A DNA stretch of 64,000 bases from Aplysia californica (lineage: Eukaryota): the NCBI RefSeq assembly GCF_000002075.1, contig NW_004797332.1, forward strand, positions 1,562,618 to 1,626,617. The letters run 5' to 3'. The notes below the pieces were generated by a model. It did not search any database, was not told where the DNA came from, and saw only the letters and a list, made by a program, of their open reading frames with translations. This document shows positions 47,301 to 54,600 of the stretch, one piece after another (position 1 is the stretch's first letter; every line of letters starts with the position of its first letter). Both the position numbers and the translations under genes were made by a program.

Positions 47301-49175
47301 TTATTTGTGTAGGCTGTAGAAATATTTCAGGTATCTCTCGTGACTTTAGAATTTGTCATCGTTGCTTTGTAGCGTACTTTTTATGTTTATGTATATTCGT
47401 GTTTTAAAACATTCGTATACATAGATCTGTGCATACATGTGGACATGTTATCTCTTTGCAGATCTTTCTTTGGTTATAGAAGCTGCTGTATGAGTGTCTG
47501 CTTACAAATAAGATTACATGAATATCATAGGCTATCTATCAGTGATGTTCTTCTTGCTTTGTTTAGTTTGCAAAAGTCCATTATATATGTCTCTATGTAG
47601 GCCTACTTGTATCCTGCACATGAAGACAAGCACATTCATGACAATAATTTTCCAGCTTCGGCCTTACTGACACTCAGTGCCAAGATGTACTCTCATGGGA
47701 CAACTGGTTATGGAAAAATTGTAAACAGTCGGAATCTACCTTTCCTTTTCAGTTCTGCCATCATTTTCTAAAGTACAGTTTTTACAGTTTCACAGGAGAG
47801 TCAAAATTCGAATGCTATTACCGAGAAAACAATTGTATTTGCTTTAAAGATCACAAGGAAGTTATCAAAATTGTATTCTTAAAAATATTGACTTGAGATG
47901 TTTGCAAAGAGTTTGTTTTTTTGGTAATATCATTCAGTTTTTTTACTCCTGTAAAATTGTACAAATCAGGTCAACGTTCAAATGCATATACTGCGTTTAT
48001 TAAAGGACAACAGAGTTGCTCTGTAGACATAATTTTGTGTGTTTCTGTGAGTGTAGACGAATGATCCCGTATTCTATGAACTGAAAATAATCCCAAGTCT
48101 TTAAATATTTGAGTTAACGTTATTATGATAAGGGGGTCATGGAGATTGAAGAATACATAATGCATTCCGTTTTCTGCATCATTAAAGTTTGAATGTTTCC
48201 CAGCCCTGCAAGGTTTGACTATAACTATAACATTAGACAGCCGATGGATAGACTGAGCGGGGTTGTGTTACTCAGTACATTTTTTTGCTTCTTTTCTTTT
48301 CTGGAATATCGGTACTTTCATGGTCTCATGGTGTTAATATATACAATGTTATTTGATTTACAAGAAAACTGTGATATATTAAGTTCACTCAGTTTGTAAC
48401 TTGTAAGCAACTTTATGGGTGGTAGTCAGGGTTACAAAGTATTTTAGTACCAAAAACCCATCACATTATGTTAACATAATATCCTTCGGTTCTAATAATG
48501 ATAACCCACCATATTTTGCATGCTTCACAGTTTGCATGGCTTGCACATGTTTTGGAGTCAAATTGTTAAGTTAATAGTTGTATTAAGAATATTTGTACTC
48601 ACTATACATACTCATATTTGAATAGATGGAACTACCTAAAAATTTGTAAACACATTGTGTATTACTTAATTGAAATGATGATAAGTTATTTTGTCAAGCG
48701 TTAAATTAGTTCAAGTAAAGGTTTGAGTTTGAGTTATCAGGGCTGTCACATACTTTTTACCAAAAACTTAATGCAAACAAAAGAACAGACGTGAACTTCA
48801 AAAAGATGAGTAACCAGTCTCAATGTTTTCTTCTCATCACCAAATCAAATTCCTCTGTAGTGCAAGATTAATGATACAGGTACAATGGAGCTGTTTTAAA
48901 TTTCAGTATGTTGTTTTTTTTATTTCCACAGTTTGAGTACAGATCATGAGACCGCAAGAGAAGTTTCGGCGCTCACAAAATCTCAAGTCCGTCCATCGTT
49001 ACTTATGCGTGTAATACGTGCTGCCCTGCCTATTCAACTGCTGTTACTACTGTTACTTCTCTTAGCCTGTCTTGTTCCTGTGTGTGAAGATGAGTACAGC
49101 TGCCTGCTCAGTAATAACCTGCGACACTCCCTCTCTCCAATGTTGCGATACACTGATGGGGCCCCACCCACCTAG
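627..49175 (+). CDS. SYNE1: Nesprin-1-like giant KASH protein (SYNE1/MSP-300/ANC-1 family), 3' portion; 46 exons, 5'-incomplete
   Basis: 46 GT-AG exons with consistent phases sum to 8331 nt and read as one open frame of spectrin-repeat sequence. Segments such as ELQEDIERHSAGVSSVLNLCEVLLHDSDAC, WRNICSLSPQRRTRVEETWRMW and LELINRQYRQLAKEGRTD closely resemble the vertebrate nesprin-1 C-terminus (recalled, not aligned). Ends in TM + KASH. Confidence 0.95.
879..1310. mobile_element. MITE family C (~40-bp imperfect TIRs)
   Basis: ATATGTG..GAAATCAGGCGCTC / GAGCGCATGATTCC..CACATAT; homologous to 31712-32157 and 58063-59851. Confidence 0.75.
1833..2137. mobile_element. piggyBac-like MITE (TTAA flanks)
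   Basis: TTAA|CTCTTTATCT ... AGATATAAAG|TTAA; second copy at 2411-2685. Confidence 0.7.
2223..2384 (+). CDS. SYNE1: nesprin exon w2 (EAKKDQEK..DENR)
   Basis: gtcag|GAG..AGG|gtaaga; phase 0/0. Confidence 0.88.
2411..2685. mobile_element. piggyBac-like MITE, second copy
   Basis: TTAA|CTTTTTATCTCCG ... CGGAGATAAAAA; colinear with 1833-2137. Confidence 0.7.
3131..3259 (+). CDS. SYNE1: nesprin exon w3 (EIQEEING..VHLQ)
   Basis: tttcag|GAA..CAG|gtaaac; phase 0/0. Confidence 0.88.
3706..3926 (+). mobile_element. tRNA-derived SINE; related copies on the minus strand near 51740-51900, 52960-53165, 54195-54345
   Basis: TGGTGTAGTGG A-box and GAGTTCGATTCC B-box, followed by a non-tRNA body repeated elsewhere. 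Confidence 0.7.
3970..4182 (+). CDS. SYNE1: nesprin exon w4 (TELGQFKL..DIHK)
   Basis: cacag|ACG..AAG|gtaagt; phase 0/0. Confidence 0.88.
4736..4933 (+). CDS. SYNE1: nesprin exon w5 (ELATDIKQ..RKPG)
   Basis: ctcag|GAG..GGG|gtaagg; phase 0/0. Confidence 0.88.
5000..5190 (+). mobile_element. Penelope-like element terminal-repeat remnant (boundaries approximate)
   Basis: Carries the minimal hammerhead typical of PLE pseudo-LTRs, followed by an ATAAAA/T-rich segment. Confidence 0.45.
5058..5094 (+). ncRNA. Minimal type-I hammerhead ribozyme motif (Penelope-like element type), possibly inactive
   Basis: GTTC-CTGAGGA-T-GCCC(gttga)GGGC-GAAA-CATT-GAAC: stem I GTTC/GAAC, CUGANGA and GAAA core, 4-bp stem II; stem III looks 2 nt short. 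Confidence 0.65.
5495..5671 (+). CDS. SYNE1: nesprin exon w6 (ELVKISLH..QQYQ)
   Basis: tacag|GAA..CAG|gtatgt; phase 0/0. Confidence 0.88.
6333..6428 (+). CDS. SYNE1: nesprin exon w7 (SALQNVSGW..RQNE)
   Basis: cccag|TCC..GAG|gtgtgt; phase 0/0. Confidence 0.85.
6916..7230 (+). CDS. SYNE1: nesprin exon w8 (KLQKEIRS..SNNQ)
   Basis: tacag|AAG..CAG|gtcagc; phase 0/0. Confidence 0.88.
7337..7523 (+). repeat. (CT)n-rich simple repeat next to a gap
   Basis: Direct reading. Confidence 0.9.
7524..7741. other. Assembly gap (others at 38203-38405 and 63639-63811)
   Basis: Runs of N; the first two are intronic and flanking exon phases stay compatible. Confidence 1.
7782..7928 (+). CDS. SYNE1: nesprin exon w9 (KIEVQLKK..LHRR)
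   Basis: tctag|AAA..CGG|gtaagg; phase 0/0. Confidence 0.88.
8205..8430 (+). repeat. ~28-bp minisatellite (~8 copies) running into a splice acceptor
   Basis: AAATTCAACCATGTCTTTTTCACACTCT-like units. Confidence 0.85.
8443..8613 (+). CDS. SYNE1: nesprin exon w10 (AMEKKASL..TAHK)
   Basis: tccag|GCT..AAG|gtgagt; phase 0/0. Confidence 0.88.
9120..9274 (+). CDS. SYNE1: nesprin exon w11 (DFFSDLEV..HGQ)
   Basis: cccag|GAC..AG|gtcagt; phase 0/2. Confidence 0.88.
9920..10063 (+). CDS. SYNE1: nesprin exon w12 (LERLTRQW..KLA)
   Basis: accag|A..AA|gtaaga; phase 2/2. Confidence 0.88.
10325..10511. mobile_element. ~190-bp MITE family A (CAGTCAAAC-like ends); other copies near 155-330, 1358-1550, 4188-4390, 22920-23360, 56200-56390
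   Basis: Shared core TTGTCTTAGACAGGTGGA.TCTTGGACA.TGTCATT and end CAGGTT(T/C)GACT in six places, both orientations. Confidence 0.7.
10615..10788 (+). CDS. SYNE1: nesprin exon w13 (YKQLQAEL..ELK)
   Basis: ttcag|A..CG|gtgagt; phase 2/2. Confidence 0.88.
12332..12494 (+). CDS. SYNE1: nesprin exon w14 (TETLGDQL..EKVL)
   Basis: ctcag|G..CTG|gtatgt; phase 2/0. Confidence 0.88.
13055..13381 (+). CDS. SYNE1: nesprin exon w15 (EFKKEVEG..KKYK)
   Basis: tacag|GAG..AAG|gttagt; phase 0/0; in-frame alternative acceptor 60 nt upstream. Confidence 0.87.
13788..13976 (+). CDS. SYNE1: nesprin exon w16 (GYKIELSS..ATLE)
   Basis: tccag|GGT..GAG|gtatgg; phase 0/0. Confidence 0.88.
14719..14859 (+). CDS. SYNE1: nesprin exon w17 (SLQSKWGD..KDCK)
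   Basis: gacag|AGT..AAG|gtgagt; phase 0/0. Confidence 0.88.
15045..15267. mobile_element. MITE with 25-bp inverted repeats
   Basis: GTGCTGACAAAATGAGTTACTTCTC ... GAGAAGTAACTCATTTTGTCAGCGC (24/25). Confidence 0.75.
15450..15639 (+). CDS. SYNE1: nesprin exon w18 (ALQQQLQA..NLLT)
   Basis: cccag|GCC..G|gtgtgt; phase 0/1. Confidence 0.88.
16097..16239 (+). CDS. SYNE1: nesprin exon w19 (MFGQWARY..DKLK)
   Basis: cccag|AC..AAA|gtgagt; phase 1/0. Confidence 0.88.
16335..16567 (-). mobile_element. RTE-clade LINE 3' fragment
   Basis: Minus-strand translation TTGKFDRKEGRGRQRE..KWRSMIAHASRQGTG* plus (GAT)n tail parallels the element at 62683. Confidence 0.75.
17162..17328 (+). CDS. SYNE1: nesprin exon w20 (GLQSELRN..LSD)
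   Basis: caaag|GGC..AG|gtgaga; phase 0/2; an in-frame CAG acceptor 9 nt downstream (start 17171) is an alternative. Confidence 0.8.
17911..18070 (+). CDS. SYNE1: nesprin exon w21 (CAKFEGCL..SKSK)
   Basis: tgcag|G..AAA|gtaagg; phase 2/0. Confidence 0.88.
18609..18833 (+). CDS. SYNE1: nesprin exon w22 (KLQKELDN..NAFE)
   Basis: catag|AAA..GAG|gtaaag; phase 0/0. Confidence 0.88.
19535..19698 (+). CDS. SYNE1: nesprin exon w23 (LVKKFLDQ..NDL)
   Basis: ctcag|CTT..GG|gttagt; phase 0/2. Confidence 0.87.
19708..19815 (+). repeat. (AAT)n-like microsatellite
   Basis: Direct reading. Confidence 0.9.
19921..20078 (+). mobile_element. SINE fragment (Nin/Deu-domain-like) with a stem-loop 3' tail
   Basis: GGACATTAAAGATCCCTTGGTGGTC motif; tail GTGCTC-ATATGACC..GTTGC-GAGCGC similar to family B. 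Confidence 0.45.
20334..20577 (+). CDS. SYNE1: nesprin exon w24 (YRLALNEA..RKCK)
   Basis: tctag|G..AAG|gtgagt; phase 2/0. Confidence 0.88.
21387..21713 (+). CDS. SYNE1: nesprin exon w25 (QFENEMYS..EKVK)
   Basis: tccag|CAA..AAG|gtaaga; phase 0/0. Confidence 0.9.
22755..22862 (+). CDS. SYNE1: nesprin exon w26 (TTQYEFKL..AEIK)
   Basis: ctcag|ACC..AAG|gtaatg; phase 0/0. Confidence 0.88.
23564..23776 (+). CDS. SYNE1: nesprin exon w27 (NTLDQLQR..NKCR)
   Basis: atcag|AAT..AGG|gtagat; phase 0/0. Confidence 0.88.
24468..24664 (+). CDS. SYNE1: nesprin exon w28 (DIATSFLN..AMF)
   Basis: tccag|GAC..AG|gtgagg; phase 0/2. Confidence 0.88.
25297..25414 (+). CDS. SYNE1: nesprin exon w29 (WTNLGERM..KLET)
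   Basis: ttcag|A..ACG|gtaagt; phase 2/0. Confidence 0.88.
25719..25885 (+). CDS. SYNE1: nesprin exon w30 (EYKEEMME..MDF)
   Basis: cacag|GAG..AG|gtaaga; phase 0/2. Confidence 0.88.
26349..26511 (+). CDS. SYNE1: nesprin exon w31 (QRKLQETV..HHTQ)
   Basis: aaaag|A..CAG|gtaaac; phase 2/0 (AAG acceptor). Confidence 0.85.
27282..27469 (+). CDS. SYNE1: nesprin exon w32 (ELQEDIERHSAGVSSVLNLCEVLLHD..RRT)
   Basis: tgcag|GAG..AG|gtcagt; phase 0/2; highly nesprin-like segment. Confidence 0.92.
27890..28040 (+). CDS. SYNE1: nesprin exon w33 (VEETWRMW..RKYE)
   Basis: tctag|G..GAG|gtatga; phase 2/0. Confidence 0.9.
29235..29399 (+). CDS. SYNE1: nesprin exon w34 (NLQKKVHD..RVTE)
   Basis: ttcag|AAC..GAG|gtaaga; phase 0/0. 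Confidence 0.9.
29783..29938 (+). CDS. SYNE1: nesprin exon w35 (IMKTLRHS..NEIR)
   Basis: ttcag|ATC..AGG|gtgagt; phase 0/0. Confidence 0.9.
30577..30777 (+). CDS. SYNE1: nesprin exon w36 (RIEDEVHT..MVAQ)
   Basis: cacag|CGC..CAA|gtatgt; phase 0/0. Confidence 0.88.
31060..31140 (+). mobile_element. Decayed LINE reverse-transcriptase fragment
   Basis: Translates VELQLADDVHLLACTKSEL*E, resembling the (Y/F)ADD region of non-LTR RT. Confidence 0.4.
31712..32157. mobile_element. MITE family C copy
   Basis: Colinear with 879-1310 over its full length. Confidence 0.75.
32363..32531 (+). mobile_element. Retroposon 3'-end family B (~170 bp); copies near 6623, 9357, 15924, 26765, 28056, 28383(-), 33386, 44334, 45955, 46234
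   Basis: Shared TCCTATCAAACATCT..GTAACACCTCTAATC..GGCACTTATATGACC..GTTGCAAGTGCCGTAAAAC..ACTAAAA; this copy is flanked by a 10-bp direct repeat. Confidence 0.8.
32553..32892 (+). CDS. SYNE1: nesprin exon w37, SP/SR-rich linker (adaptive-domain position)
   Basis: cctag|GTG..G|gtgact; phase 0/1, needed to join w36 to w38; acceptor is duplicated upstream at 32356. Confidence 0.82.
33665..33816 (+). CDS. SYNE1: nesprin exon w38 (SPRHDLGD..AEHM)
   Basis: gacag|AG..ATG|gtgagt; phase 1/0. Confidence 0.85.
33882..33989 (+). repeat. 18-bp minisatellite x6 (GAGTTATAGTTAGGGTAA)
   Basis: Six identical units, each containing TTAGGG. Confidence 0.95.
34119..34233 (+). CDS. SYNE1: nesprin exon w39 (MQLMVECE..EVR)
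   Basis: tacag|ATG..T|gtaagc; phase 0/1. Confidence 0.87.
34270..34592 (+). mobile_element. tRNA-derived CORE-like SINE with (ATT)n tail; truncated copies near 5990-6270, 22030-22105, 23035-23312, 33255-33350
   Basis: A/B-box-like head (AAGTGGTCAG..GGTTCCAATCC), CORE-like GTGTCCTTGGGAAAGGCACTT..CCACCCAGGTG, tail GCTATACAAATGC(TAT)n shared among copies. Confidence 0.75.
35511..35716 (+). CDS. SYNE1: nesprin exon w40 (VIQRWEHL..RQYK)
   Basis: tgcag|TG..AAA|gtgagt; phase 1/0. Confidence 0.88.
35699..36785 (+). repeat. Minisatellite, 37-bp and 55-bp units, ~26 copies, derived from an exon/intron junction
   Basis: Unit ATTGTCAGACAGTGTGAAGTGAGTATGGTTAGAGACA; the 55-bp variant adds ATGATATTTTGACTAGGT. 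Confidence 0.95.
36786..37058. mobile_element. MITE-like element; inverted copy at ~54460-54695
   Basis: Imperfect TIRs CTCAAATTACAAAG / CTTTGTAATTCTGAG; body matches the reverse complement of 54460-54695. Confidence 0.7.
37207..37386 (+). CDS. SYNE1: nesprin exon w41 (DFLVQLES..RDLQ)
   Basis: cccag|GAC..CAG|gtaaga; phase 0/0. Confidence 0.88.
37784..37933 (+). CDS. SYNE1: nesprin exon w42 (RSLIQCQEFH..AILM)
   Basis: ttcag|CGA..ATG|gtaagt; phase 0/0. Confidence 0.88.
38533..38751 (+). CDS. SYNE1: nesprin exon w43 (DLNGELLH..RGNT)
   Basis: acaag|GAT..ACA|gtatgt; phase 0/0 (AAG acceptor). Confidence 0.82.
39964..40101 (+). CDS. SYNE1: nesprin exon w44 (PSSFDLSE..IARQ), Ser/Arg-rich pre-TM linker
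   Basis: atcag|CCG..CAG|gtaaac; phase 0/0; SRSSTPHR resembles vertebrate SGRSTPNR (recalled). Confidence 0.82.
41922..41977 (+). CDS. SYNE1: nesprin exon w45, 56-nt bridging exon (FLMRIASPFLPSSSQDRD)
   Basis: cacag|TTT..AA|gtaaat; open frame that converts phase 0 to the phase 2 required by the KASH exon. Confidence 0.6.
48932..49175 (+). CDS. SYNE1: nesprin terminal exon: TM helix + KASH domain
   Basis: ttccacag|T; RVIRAALPIQLLLLLLLLLACLVPVCEDEYSCLLSNNLRHSLSPMLRYTDGAPPT* matches the KASH consensus (Cys -23, Pro -11, Tyr -7). Confidence 0.96.
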
Positions 49176-50310
49176 ACATTTTCTGAAAAATCTTATAAAA
49201 GTTTGGACCAAAAAAAATCAAACCCTCAAACCTGCAGCCACTTACTTTGAAATGAGATGGTTTTGCGAAAAGTGAATTCTTATTGCTTGCAAATCTTGAT
49301 CAATGTTGCGACAAGTGTACAGAAGTTTGTTTACCCATGTTACTTTCATTTCAATAATGCAAAATGATGTCTTCAATATTTACCGAAGCATTTCTTTCAA
49401 TTATTCTTACTTAAGAACACTGGTGCTAAAATTTGTTCTGAGTAGAGCCATACTCTATCTCAATTGATGGCCTTCTTTGGAAGCTTGAATGAAGGAGGTC
49501 GTCAATAGATTTCCACGAATGGGAACTTTTGACTGAATAACAGGGTCAAGACAAAAATTGTCATTCATTCCTTCTCAAAAGTAACCAATATCCGCTGTAG
49601 AATTTCCCCAAAACAACCTATATCCTGTAAACAGAATTTCCTCCTCGCGTGCATTTATTGAACCACCTTCCCCCAAAACTCAATCAAGTGTGAAAGAGAA
49701 GAAAGAAACATCAAAACATCAATGAGTAATTTCACTATATTTTTCTTGATCGTTGCTTTCACTGTCATGGTAACAGTAACAGTAGAACAGTTCTTGCTTT
49801 TGGAACAGAATGAACTGTGCCCATGAATTCAGTACTTCGTTTTTGCTCTTAGAGACTACTTTTAGGGGGGAGGTGGTAAAGGGAGGAGGAGAAAGTTAAT
49901 TATAAAGAAAAAGAAAAGTCAGCTTAAGATTTCCTTATACTCTAGTTCTCCTAGGAGAACTATGTCTCGTGTTCCTTCCAATTTTCTTTGCTATTTTTCC
50001 CTGGGGCTTTCCATATGTGTGTTCATAGACTGACCGGAGGTGTTCGCAATGTCATAGACTGACCAGAGGTGTTCGCATAGACTTACGATGGACATTCCCT
50101 CCCCCGAGTGTTGTGTATATATCACTGACAGGCAGCATGTATTTCATCTTTACACTTACTTTATGTATTTACACTGAGCTACAACTCTATATATATACAT
50201 TTAGAAGCAATATTATGTGCAGCTGTTTTTAATAACTCTATGTGACAATGAAAATGTGCCAGTCAAGATCCTTTCTTTGTCAAGTTTCGCTTACGTTTAC
50301 TTTGAGTCCT

Positions 50311-50649
50311 TTAACACTTACAGTGCTGAAGGTTCATATAGTGAAAAGCCCTCAAGTACCACATCCGTTTAGAATGCTGAAGCTGATTTATATTTTTTTA
50401 AATTAAAAAAACATTGGCAGCCCCAGAAACACGGTTTAAAAATTCTAAGAGGTTCATCAACCATTCAGTTATCATATAGGGTGACTGCCTTTGGTATTTA
50501 CTTCAGTTCAGTGCGTCTATTCTTTGTTTAATTATGTTTAGTGTACCTGGTTGCGTCAGCAACTAAAGTCACCAGCAGTCATGAGCGCTTACATATGTAC
50601 TAAGGCCTAGCGACTAAAGTCGCCGACGGTACGGTACTGTAAGTGTTAA
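50311..50649. mobile_element. piggyBac-like MITE in the nesprin 3'UTR
   Basis: TTAA|CACTTACAGTGC ... GTACTGTAAGTG|TTAA (11/12 TIR match, TTAA duplication). Confidence 0.8.
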
Positions 50650-51620
50650 ACATTGCAATTTTTTAAATTCTTTAAATTTGAACTGGCATTGTAGATTGTA
50701 ATTGTAGATTCTGTTTACTCTTTCCTCTTTTTGACTGCAGTTGAATGGGGAGCAGCAGTGTTGATCATACAAGATTTGCCAAATATGTCTCATCGTATTT
50801 ATTCCATTAAATATTGAGCTCGATAGATTTGCCCTCTATCAGACTACTGTGGGTATAGATAGACCTGTTTACGTTTTCACTGAAGCTCTGCTGAGAAAAT
50901 GCAGTTCTTTTGTGGTAATTTTGAGTTGGTTGCATTGCACTAGAAGCACAATTTCTTCAAAATACTTCTTAGTTTTATATTTTGTTGAAATATTATTCTT
51001 TTTTAGTAGGATTACTTCCTGAATCATGTGATAACAAGATAGTGAGGAGTTATTTTGGCTGTCGTCTTGCACACAAGCACACTGTAGTGGAGCAACTGTT
51101 TAGCTCTAAGAAGTTACCTAGCTTTAAACGTGTGTTTACGAAAAAGTTTGTCCTGACATGTAACCACCTTTTTATTTTTCAGTTTTTGTCTCCCGTAAAT
51201 TTTGTACCTACAGCATATTTAAGTTTCTAGTACTGTACAATAACATTTATTAGTTATAACTGGCGTATAGATAACATCCCAATCTAGTGTAACAAATTTG
51301 TAAAATTTCATGTAATTCTAGGTTACAACTGTTATTTGATATAATAACCTATTACTACTAGCCTAATAATAGAAGAAGCATACGGAGATGGTATTATTTT
51401 TTTTTAATTGATGAACATAGAGAAGGGTTACTTCCTGTTACATCATTTTTAAATTCCATACAATGTGACTGGTTTTTGTTTATGTGCTGCATGTTTTTGT
51501 TGCGAATAATTTCATGTGATTCTCCTTTGTCTCTTGTATATTTCAGCCAGTTTCCCATGCTTTCCATGCATAAAAAAATACTGCACTAGACTATTTTGTT
51601 ATTTGATACTCAGTGTTATT

Positions 51621-51626
51621 AATAAA
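51621..51626 (+). promoter_or_regulatory. Likely polyadenylation signal of the nesprin gene (3'UTR ~49176-51650)
   Basis: AATAAA followed within 20-60 nt by a T/GT-rich tract, at the end of an AT-rich UTR-like stretch. Confidence 0.55.
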
Positions 51627-54600
51627 TCGTCAATATATTGTTAATACTTTTTTGCAGTCTTTGTTTTCTTTTCTTTTTTAATTTAATGTAATGTGTTTTA
51701 AGCCTCCATCAATATACTTTAGATCATCTAGACGGTGCGCTTCCGTCCTTGCCTGTCACTTTCAGGGCCAACCCGCGCTAATACAACATCCCAGCAAGAA
51801 AACTGAGAAGCTCGATAAAAATTCTCCTCACTTGGGAATTGAACTCTGGTCTCCTGTATATGACAGCCTTACCACTCACTATGTCAATGTCAGACACTGG
51901 TGTTTTAGAAATCAACAAATATAAAAAAGCAGTAGATTTCTAATCTGGCTTAAAAATCCGTAATATGGCCATTGATAGTCTTTTCCCCTGGGGTGCCATG
52001 TACAGGGATTGTAGGTTCGAAGATAAAGGCAAGGTAAATAACGCAAACCTATTAAGATGTGATGTAAGAGGAGGTCTCGGTGGGCCCACCGTTGTAGAGT
52101 TCATGAAAAAAAAAAGCAGGGGGTGGGGGAGAGGAGAAGCTATTGCTAAAATTGCTTGCAAAAACAAAAAGAAATTCGCGGAACTACAGAACGGTAGGGG
52201 CCTACTACAGAATACACCGTTAACCTTTGACTTTGATCCTACAAGCCTCTGCTGAATCGTTTCATTCCATTTTTTTTTTTATTTGGGGGGGGGGGGGAAT
52301 TCTCCCACTGCTAACACCAGCAATGCCAAAGCGTAGGAATTTTGTAACATATTGTCAACCTAACATTTGCCGTATTCCTGGCTTTCGCACAACTAATGTT
52401 TTTCTTAGGGAAAAGTCACAAGTGGCACTGAGCGACTACAAGGTGCTCAGTGCCGAGTGCACAGAGTGTGAGTCGGACAGCTGCATGTGACGTTGTGATG
52501 TGGACTTTCACGATCAGATTGTTTTTCTCCCATATAATTATTATAATAAGCCAGGATGATGGGGACAAGTTGGGGTAGCCAAACGGCAAATAAATTTTTT
52601 AAGTTCGAAATCTAGTAAGTATTGTGCTCATTATTGCATTTCAAAAGAACACAGGATCTGTTGAATGAGAGTCGAGAGGCGAACACTGTTTTAAATCTGT
52701 AGACCACAAGAGCCCCCCTTTCACCAGAGACTGACATAATGATGTCTCTATATAATTCATTTACAAATGGACCAGACTTAACTACTTCAGGCAAGGTTTG
52801 CTCAAGTCATTCAAGAGAATAGTTGTTAGTAAAAGCACAGACAGCTACCAAGACTTTTACTTCAATTGAGACCAATTCAGCTTAAAAGTAAAAGCCAGAT
52901 CATAACATAATGAGCTGAACACAGTGTGATCTATAGATTGTAACTTGTAAGTAAATTGTTTTTCATCACTATCAACACATTTAGATCATTTAGGAGGTGG
53001 GCTGCTTCGATCCTGACTGCAAGGGTCAACCCAGGCTGATCGGGACACGACACAGCATCCCATCAGAAAGAAGATGAGAAAATATCGGTAAAGCCTCATA
53101 GGAATCGAAGTCATGACTTCAACATTCAAGGGCGAAGAGCCTGATCATTACATCACAGACTCCCTAAAAGTTTCACATTATAAAATATCTATCCAGCCAA
53201 ACAACACAGCACAATACACAATAAAAAGAGGATGAAATAAACATTCAGTAGGCTACACAAGCTCGCTTGCAAGATCATGTTTATTCATGTTCAGATACAA
53301 AAATTGGATGTCAAACAACTGTAGGGAAAAGAAAAGACAACCGTTTCAATCAACCGCAAGAAGGCAAATCTAATGAAGGATGAAAATTGCAGACATTGTC
53401 AATATATAAGATGTGCCTTTTTATTTTTGCCTTTGGACAATTTTTGCAAGTAATATAATTTTACTTCAAATTGCAGTTTTGTTGCAGGGGTCATTGTCGA
53501 GTTAAGCCTCCTTCTTTTACTTTTCATACAATCTGTTCAGAAATATATAATACACATGTAGGTTACTCTAAAGCTGAGATGGTGTACTTTTTCAAAATAT
53601 GCAGCTGTCACACTTTCAAAATACATTATTCCATATAATATAATAAATCAATTCAAACTCTAAGAGGAAAATTTAAACAATGTAATATTTCAATTAATCA
53701 GACGAAAAAAAAAATAAAAGAATGCTATGGTTGGTTGATATTGGTGGCAGACGTGGCAATAGCAAGTGCAAATTTCTAGCTTTTATACTTCTGAAACTCT
53801 ACCAAACTCTTGACTCATCAACTTTTTTAACACTTTAACTGCAGTCTGAATCTTGATGTACGAGTTCCAGCAAAGATAAGCACATAGACACAATAATAGT
53901 CATTTACTGCTGCGTTAAAGAAACATAGACAGAAGTAAAAGGGGAAAAGATAGTACGCATACACACGAACAAAAACTCACACTGCTGTCAGCTCTTGATA
54001 TGCAGTATCCAAAGATCTTTGAACCATTTGAATCAATGGAAAAAAAAAAAGAAACAAACAGATTGCAACATCCTTTTAGCATAATTTGTCGTTTGCTTCA
54101 CAACTTCGTCTGTCACAGAAACTCTGTCAATATGGCCATAAAGTGACTATCCCACTGCATGTGTCCCTCCAGCCCCATGAGATCAGGTCAACGTACAAGA
54201 TAAATCCTTTACGTCCCAGTCGACACAATCTGGATCATTTAAGAGGCAGACTGCTTCGACCCTGAGTATCAAGGGCCAAGTCTACTCTGTAAAACTCTTC
54301 CGCACAAATGAACCAAACTCACATTTACCTGCAAAGGCAAAGCGCCCGACACTAACCCACAGAGACCAGAATGATCAAGTAAAGGAAGGTCAACAACATT
54401 ACAAGAGGCTATGAATGATCATGCATTCATCATCTGGCCACACAACACCACAACCTCAGTATTATTCAGTCTGTCTGCACAGTACCTAGTTTTGAGAAAT
54501 TTGACGTCAAAGATTTTGAGCTTCACATCATGTTAAGCTTTTTCAAAAGCAATTCTTTGAATACCTTGATAACGAATCCAAATAACCTTGCGAATTTGAT

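Noticed and set aside
50024-50080. CTGACC-GAG duplicate in the 3'UTR as a second hammerhead
   Set aside because: No CUGANGA/GAAA core; just a ~29-bp tandem duplication.
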